A stretch of 64,000 nucleotides of DNA, taken from the NCBI GenBank assembly GCA_965214975.1, contig OZ244055.1, positions 598,994 to 662,993 on the forward strand. Reading direction: 5' to 3'. Below, piece by piece: positions 58,639 through 64,000 of the stretch. The notes under the pieces are model-generated. The model was not told the origin of the DNA. It saw only the letters and a program-made list of their open reading frames with translations, and searched no databases. Position 1 is the stretch's first letter, and every line of letters starts with the position of its first letter. The DNA is from Alphaproteobacteria bacterium (GTDB lineage Bacteria > Pseudomonadota > Alphaproteobacteria > MPNO01 > UBA830). Position numbers and translations under genes: made by a program.

Positions 58639-58953
58639 CGCGATCTCACACATCGCCGGATCGGCAGCGGTCCATCTCTGTGTCAGCCCGAGTTCGACGG
58701 TTTGGGGGTCGCGCGTCCGGCTGTCCCGGCTGCGACAAGCCCGCTTTCGCGACGTCGGTCTCTTGCAGGCGCGTTCGAGCGGTCGCCAATTCCTCGGCAT
58801 GTCTGGTCGCACGGAGACTCGATCGGCTCCGGTCTTGTATCCGGTCCGGGACATCCGGCGAATGCACGTCGGTATCGCGCACCGCACACTCCTCGGAGGG
58901 AGACGAGCGGCTTTCCGAGCCTCCATGATCCGACTTGGAATCTGCACCCATCT

Positions 58954-59712
58954 CTAGAATCTGCTTTTTTTGTACTCGTTCAACACCTCGTCAATGGGTC
59001 CGCAGGCCTTGACTCTTCCCGCGTCGAGCAGAATGCCGGAGGAGCAGGTTCGCTGGAGAAGATCGGTGTCTTGTGACGCGAGCACCAGGATTCCGGCCCG
59101 TTTCACGAATCCCTGGAGGCGGTGCTGGGCTTTTTCGGCAAAGCTGCGGTCGCCCATGCTGAACCACTCGTCCATCAACAGGATCTCGGGCTCGAAGCAG
59201 GTGCAGACCGCAAAGGCCAGCCGCAGCCTCATGCCTGCCGAATAGGTGCGCACCGGCATCGCCAGATAATCGCCAAGCTCGGTGAATTCAACGATTTCGT
59301 CCGTGCGCTCGTGCAGCTGTTTCGGTGACAATCCGAGGAAGAGTCCACGGGTGACGATGTTCTCGTAGCCCGTTGCCTCCCAATCGATGCCGAACATCAT
59401 GCTAAGCAGCGATGCCGTGCGGCCGTGCCGCTCGACGCGGCCGCGCTGAGGTTCGTAGACGCCCGCAAGCACGCGCAGCAGTGTCGTCTTGCCCGCACCG
59501 TTGGGTCCGACGAGACCGACCCGGTCGCCGTGCTTGAACGCGAGGCTTACATCTTCAAGCCCGCGCACCGACATCCGTCTGCCGATGCCCCGCGCGATGC
59601 GACCGCCCGTGCCGTGATGCAGCAACCGGTTCCGCAGCGAGCGCGTGTCGATGTTGTAGATGGGGAAGTCGACGGTGACTGCTTCGAGCCGGATGCGGAC
59701 CAGGGCGCTCAT
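58954..59712 (-). CDS. ABC transporter ATP-binding protein, polysaccharide-export type (Wzt/KpsT/TagH-like).
   Basis: GLVGPNGAGKTTLL (Walker A), YSAGMRLRLAFA (ABC signature), ILLMDEW (Walker B). Local GC is ~60%. ATG at 59712. Confidence 0.85.
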   Translation of the reverse strand: MSALVRIRLEAVTVDFPIYNIDTRSLRNRLLHHGTGGRIARGIGRRMSVRGLEDVSLAFKHGDRVGLVGPNGAGKTTLLRVLAGVYEPQRGRVERHGRTASLLSMMFGIDWEATGYENIVTRGLFLGLSPKQLHERTDEIVEFTELGDYLAMPVRTYSAGMRLRLAFAVCTCFEPEILLMDEWFSMGDRSFAEKAQHRLQGFVKRAGILVLASQDTDLLQRTCSSGILLDAGRVKACGPIDEVLNEYKKSRF

Positions 59713-59716
59713 GCAC

Positions 59717-60664
59717 TCATACCCAGTAGGCGATCTGCCGTCGATAACGGCGGAAGAGCGCAAACGTCATGAGCCACCCGCCGATCGTCAAGCCCAGCAC
59801 CGCGATCCAGGAGGAAAGCCCCGGAAGCTCTCCCAGCAGCGGGGCCCGCACCACCTCGACCATATGGTAAAAGGGATTGAATTCCAGCACTATGGCGCGT
59901 TCCGGCAGGGCCTCCGGCATCCAGATGACCGGAGTCACGAAGAAGCAGATGCGCGTGACGCTCGCCACGATCGGCGGAACGTCGCGAAAGCGAGCCGAGA
60001 TCATGCCGAGCAGAATGGCCGCCCACAGGCCGTTGAGGCAAAGGAGCGCGAGGCCCGGCAGGGCGACAAGGCCGGTCCAGCCCGGCCACACGCCAAAAAC
60101 GGCGGCCACGACAACGAAGATCGCGGCATTGTGACAGAGGATGAGGAGGTTGCGCCAGAGCAGGCGATACACGTGGATGGAAAGCGGCAACCCCACCTGC
60201 ATGATGATGTTCTCCGCCTTGACGAACACTTGGCAACCGTCGGTGATGACATCGGCGATCAGCGTCCACACGATGAAGCCGAGCGCGAGGTGCGGCACGT
60301 AAATTGCGCTCTCCACCTTGAACAACAGGCCGTAGAGCGTGCCCAACGTCCCCACAAGCACGCCCGTGCTAAGGGTGAGCCAGAACGGCCCAAGCACGGA
60401 GCGTCGATACTTTTGCTTGATGTCCCGCTTGCCGAGCGTGTACCAGAGGTGATACGCCCGCAGGCCTTGCCGAAGATCGAGAAGGGCCAGCGTTGCCTGC
60501 GAAGATGCGGGATACGTGTCCGATTCCGTGGTCTCGAAGGTCACGGTCGTCCCATCCTCGCCCGTTGCCGCCAGACGGCGTGGTTTCCTCGGATCTCTCT
60601 GCGTGCCGCCGTCGCGCTTGCGGGGTATGGCAGGGTGCGGCAGGGTGCGCAGCGGCTCGTCCAT
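59717..60664 (-). CDS. ABC-2 type polysaccharide export permease (Wzm/KpsM-like).
   Basis: YRRSVLGPFWLTLSTGVLVGTL... with 6 TM helices. Its stop is 4 nt before the wzt-like start. The start is uncertain; ATG 60664 gives ~50 extra N-terminal residues. Confidence 0.7.
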   Translation of the reverse strand: MDEPLRTLPHPAIPRKRDGGTQRDPRKPRRLAATGEDGTTVTFETTESDTYPASSQATLALLDLRQGLRAYHLWYTLGKRDIKQKYRRSVLGPFWLTLSTGVLVGTLGTLYGLLFKVESAIYVPHLALGFIVWTLIADVITDGCQVFVKAENIIMQVGLPLSIHVYRLLWRNLLILCHNAAIFVVVAAVFGVWPGWTGLVALPGLALLCLNGLWAAILLGMISARFRDVPPIVASVTRICFFVTPVIWMPEALPERAIVLEFNPFYHMVEVVRAPLLGELPGLSSWIAVLGLTIGGWLMTFALFRRYRRQIAYWV

Positions 60665-61502
60665 TGCGTTCGCGGGCGGACCGTTCCTGTGGCGCGGCGG
60701 TCCGGACGAGAACTGCGCGCCAGTCAGGACGGGATTCCCGACGGTGAAGACGGGACATGATTGCAGGCGCGGCCATGGATTGCAAGTCCCGTCGCCGGTC
60801 AATCAGGACTGTCCCACGCTGGCCGGACCTCCGCTCCCGGCGGGCCGGGGCGCTCCCGTCCAGGCCGTCACCACGGTCTGCGGGTTCCGCGGGCGTCCCC
60901 GATCGGCCGGATCCGGCCCCGATCCTGTCATCCGGGCGATCGAATGGGTTCTGGGCCGCAGCGTGGGATCGCTCTGCCGGTCAATTGTCGCGGCGCGACG
61001 CGCGAACGGCTTGTCGCCCGCTGCCGGTTCGGGCGGCCGGCGTGCCGTCGCGTCGGGGGATTGCGGCCGGCTGGCGCCGGGAGCCGGATCGTGGCCCTGG
61101 ACGTCCGGCGGTGCGGACCGGCGTCGCCGTGCTTCCGGCGCCCGGCGGCCGCGGCGCAGGAGCCCTGGCGGTGTTCTCACCATCCCCGGCGGCGGCCCTG
61201 GCGTCCGCCTCGGCCCCGCCTCCAGGGCCGCCCCGTCCTCCCCGACCCGGGCCAGGCGCTTCTGCCCGCGGGCCGCCCGGGACGGCATCCCGTCACCGCG
61301 CCGTTTGATGCCCAGCGCCTCGTCCCCGGTCGCATCCGACCGTTCCGCGCGCCCCGGCCGGGCCGCTGTTCCGGGCTCCGGGACGGTCTCGCCGGCGGCC
61401 GTCCGGCAACGGTTCGTCGCCGCGCGTCCGGACGCGCGGGCCTTGACCGGGTGCCGTCCAGTGCGGCAGGGCCGTGCCGGACCCGCTCCGCGGCGCAGCT
61501 TC

Positions 61503-63347
61503 CTAGTCGACGATGTGGTGGACGGGGGCCTTCTCCATGGCCCATTCCCCGGATTCCCGGTCGTAGCGGGACAAGGTGAAGCAATGCCAGTCGGCGTCAT
61601 CCAGCTTCGGGTGATCGGCCCGATAGTAGTATCCCGGCCACCGCGTTTCCGTCCTGAACATCGTGTGATGCGTCACGGACTCCGAGGCCAGGATCCGATG
61701 GTGGAGTTCCCACGCCCGCTGGAGCTGGTGAAGGTCTTCGGCCCCGAGACTGGCGAGATCCTCCTTCAGCATGGTCAGCAGCTCCAGCCCGCGCGTGAGC
61801 ATGGGTTCGTTCGTGACGTAAGCCGAGCTGATGCCGCCGACATATTCGTCCATGATCTTCTCGAGACGCTGGAGACCGTGAAGCGGCAACATGTAGCTCG
61901 GCGAGACGGTTCCCGCGACGATCTCGTTGCGCCCGACCCGGTAGGTCTCCAGAGGCTGGAACACGGCCCTCTTGAGGGCCTCGCACTCCCGCTCGCTCAC
62001 CTGGGGCCGGTCGCTCTTCAGGTCGTTGACGTAGTTGACCGCCGCCTTTCCGGCTATCCGCCCTTCCGTGAAGGAGCCCGAGGAGAACTTGTGGGCGGCC
62101 CCGCCGATGGCGTCGCCGGCGCCGAACAGCCCCTCGACGGTCGTCATGCGGTTGTATCCCCACTGGTAGTCCGCCGGCGCGCAGTCCTCGGGACCGCTCG
62201 CCCAGGCGCCCGAGCACGTGGCATGCGATCCCAGGACGTAGGGCTCGGACGTGGTCAGCTCCGGATTGGTGTGCTTGGGGTCGATGTTCTGGGACGCCCA
62301 GACAACCGCCTGTCCGACCGTCATGCCGAGGAAGTTCTCCCAGCCGATCCGCTCCAGGCGGGGGTCGGCGAAGGCCTTCTTCGTCACCATGCGGATCGGA
62401 CCCCCGCCGGCCTTGACCTCCTCCAGAAAGGCGTGGTTGCGCAGGCAGGTGGGTACCGGATGCCGGTCGATGTAGTCCCCGACCAGCTCCTTGGTGCGGT
62501 CGTACCATTTGGACTCGTAGTCCTCTCCGTAGGCGTTCTCGGTGTGCGTCTTGAGATGGAGGAAATAGGCGCCGACCGGACCGTAGCCGTCCTTGAAGCG
62601 GGTGAGGACGACCCGGTTCTCCATCTGGGTCATCTTGGCGCCGACGAGGAGCGGCAGCGCATAGGCCGACGCGCTGCTCCAGGGGGCGTACCAGGTTCGC
62701 CCCATGCCCTCGCCCACCGCCCGGGGCTTGAAGATGTGCGACGCGCCGCCGGCGGACACGATGACGGCTTTCGCGCGGAAGACGTGGAAGTTGCCGCTGC
62801 GGACGTTGAACCCGACGGCGCCGGCGACGCGGTTGGGCTTCGTCGGGTCCGTCAGCAGGTGGGTGACCATGATCCGGTTATGGACTTCGGTGGCCGCCTT
62901 GCGGGCGGCCTCCGCGACGATGGGCTTGTAGCTCTCGCCGTGGATCATGATCTGCCACTGGCCCTCGCGCTGATAGCGTCCGGTTTCCGGATCCTTCATG
63001 ATGGGAAGGCCCCACTCCTCGAACTTGTGCACCGCGGAGTCGACATGCCGGGCGATGTCGAAGCCGAGGTCCTCCCGCACCAGGCCCATGAGGTCGTTCC
63101 GGGCGTAGCGGACATGGTCCTCGGGCCGGTTCTCGTTCCACCGCATGCCCATGTAGCAGTTGATTGCGTACAGGCCCTGGGCCGCTGCGCCGCTGCGCTC
63201 GATGTTCGCCTTCTCGACGCAGACCACTTTCAGGTCGCGTCCCCAGTAGCCGGCCTCGTACGTGGCGCCGCAGCCGGCCATGCCGCCGCCAACGACCAGG
63301 ATGTCCGCATCCACGAAAACCGTTTTCCGGCGAGCGAACAGACTCAC
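61503..63347 (-). CDS. aprA: Adenylylsulfate (APS) reductase alpha subunit.
   Basis: ILVVGGGMAGCGATYEA...KVVCVEKANIERSGAAAQGLYAINCYMG...C-terminal ...RWPGYYYRADHPKLDDADWHCF. The GTG start overlaps the aprB stop (GTGA). Confidence 0.85.
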   Translation of the reverse strand: MSLFARRKTVFVDADILVVGGGMAGCGATYEAGYWGRDLKVVCVEKANIERSGAAAQGLYAINCYMGMRWNENRPEDHVRYARNDLMGLVREDLGFDIARHVDSAVHKFEEWGLPIMKDPETGRYQREGQWQIMIHGESYKPIVAEAARKAATEVHNRIMVTHLLTDPTKPNRVAGAVGFNVRSGNFHVFRAKAVIVSAGGASHIFKPRAVGEGMGRTWYAPWSSASAYALPLLVGAKMTQMENRVVLTRFKDGYGPVGAYFLHLKTHTENAYGEDYESKWYDRTKELVGDYIDRHPVPTCLRNHAFLEEVKAGGGPIRMVTKKAFADPRLERIGWENFLGMTVGQAVVWASQNIDPKHTNPELTTSEPYVLGSHATCSGAWASGPEDCAPADYQWGYNRMTTVEGLFGAGDAIGGAAHKFSSGSFTEGRIAGKAAVNYVNDLKSDRPQVSERECEALKRAVFQPLETYRVGRNEIVAGTVSPSYMLPLHGLQRLEKIMDEYVGGISSAYVTNEPMLTRGLELLTMLKEDLASLGAEDLHQLQRAWELHHRILASESVTHHTMFRTETRWPGYYYRADHPKLDDADWHCFTLSRYDRESGEWAMEKAPVHHIVD

Positions 63348-63808
63348 TGGAGGCCTTCCTCGCCGGCCCGGTCCGGCCGCAACGCGGGCAGTGTCTTGAC
63401 GTGGAGCGCGTCCGGCTCGTGTGCGAGTTCCTGGGACTTCATCGCTTCGGGAGTGGGCGCCTCGTAGTCGGCCGGGGGCCTGATCGACCCCCAGGGCGTG
63501 GTCCGGATCGGCGAAACGAAGTTCTTTTCCCGGCCGTCCCGGAACCTGATCCTCCAGGAAACGACCCCCTTCGCCTCTTCCCTCAGCACCCGGACGCTGT
63601 GTCCCAGGGGCGCGAAGTCGGCGTAGCCGCGACAGTCGATGGCGTTCTGCGGACACGCTTTGACGCAGGCGTAGCACTCCCAGCACATGTTGGGCTCGAT
63701 GTTGTAGGCGCGCCGGGTGACGCTGTCGATGTGCATGATGTCCGAGGGACAGATATCGACGCAATATCCGCATCCGTCGCAGTCTGCCATGTACACGAAT
63801 GTCGGCAT
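63344..63808 (-). CDS. aprB: Adenylylsulfate reductase beta subunit (two [4Fe-4S] clusters).
   Basis: MPTFVYMADCDGCGYCVDICPSDIMHID...CWECYACVKACPQNAI is the canonical AprB. Confidence 0.85.
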   Translation of the reverse strand: MPTFVYMADCDGCGYCVDICPSDIMHIDSVTRRAYNIEPNMCWECYACVKACPQNAIDCRGYADFAPLGHSVRVLREEAKGVVSWRIRFRDGREKNFVSPIRTTPWGSIRPPADYEAPTPEAMKSQELAHEPDALHVKTLPALRPDRAGEEGLQ

Positions 63809-63844
63809 GCGGCTCCGTTACCTCCCGAATCGAAGACCGGCAAC

Positions 63845-64000
63845 GGGCCGATCAGTAGTGGCGGGGTCTTTCGCGCGCACTGCCGAACGTTTCGGGCTTG
63901 CCGGAAGGGGCCGGCAGGTTGCGCCTCGCGCCGGTCGCCTCGGACACCCGTTTCTCCAACGCCGCCGCGGGCTTGTAGAACATGTGCGCGAACTTGGACC
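63845..64000 (-). CDS. Unidentified CDS; only the 3' end falls inside the window.
   Basis: Minus-strand translation ...FAHMFYKPAAALEKRVSEATGARRNLPAPSGKPETFGSARERPRHY* ends with TGA at 63845. The composition is protein-like, but the family is not recognisable from 50 residues. Confidence 0.3.

Noticed and set aside
58960-58970. A T7 run on the plus strand that could look like a terminator tail.
   Set aside because: It lies inside the wzt-like coding sequence (Lys-Lys codons on the minus strand) and is not preceded by a hairpin.
1-64000. Search for tRNA, rRNA or CRISPR arrays (conserved T-loop GGTTCGAATCC-like strings, regularly spaced repeats).
   Set aside because: None were seen by eye. The only tandem repeats are the 15-bp array at 30524-30603 and the 18-bp duplication at ~26285-26320, neither with spacers.

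Overview
This window is a high-GC (~70%) chromosomal segment whose gene content and order look alphaproteobacterial. Conserved housekeeping blocks (murU-amgK-tsaE-ahcY, rsmB-rpe, purH, ubiE-ubiB with divergent mutM, yajC-secD-secF, metY) are interleaved with accessory modules. Those modules are two paralogous CoxMSL-type molybdenum-hydroxylase operons, one with an extradiol dioxygenase and an MFS transporter and one next to a PuuE-like deacetylase. There is a P450 / sulfatase / CoA-ligase / Fe-S protein / PhtD-like decarboxylase module and a DUF3604 gene. A lower-GC polysaccharide export cluster (GT-C, GT4, wzm/wzt) sits next to aprBA. The most unusual structure is a 2.3-kb insertion at 22291-24569, made of a frameshifted and truncated IS1634-family transposase plus an intact DUF3800 passenger gene. 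It is bracketed by ~1.72-kb near-identical direct repeats that duplicate most of a TPP-enzyme gene and the last codons of a convergent vapC. The vapC next to copy 2 carries an in-frame 18-bp tandem duplication and a 1-nt indel that removes its stop. I saw no tRNA, rRNA or CRISPR. In this GC context many long ORFs in the six-frame track are spurious; I assigned genes by recognisable protein families and by start/stop geometry, including frequent ATGA/GTGA overlaps.
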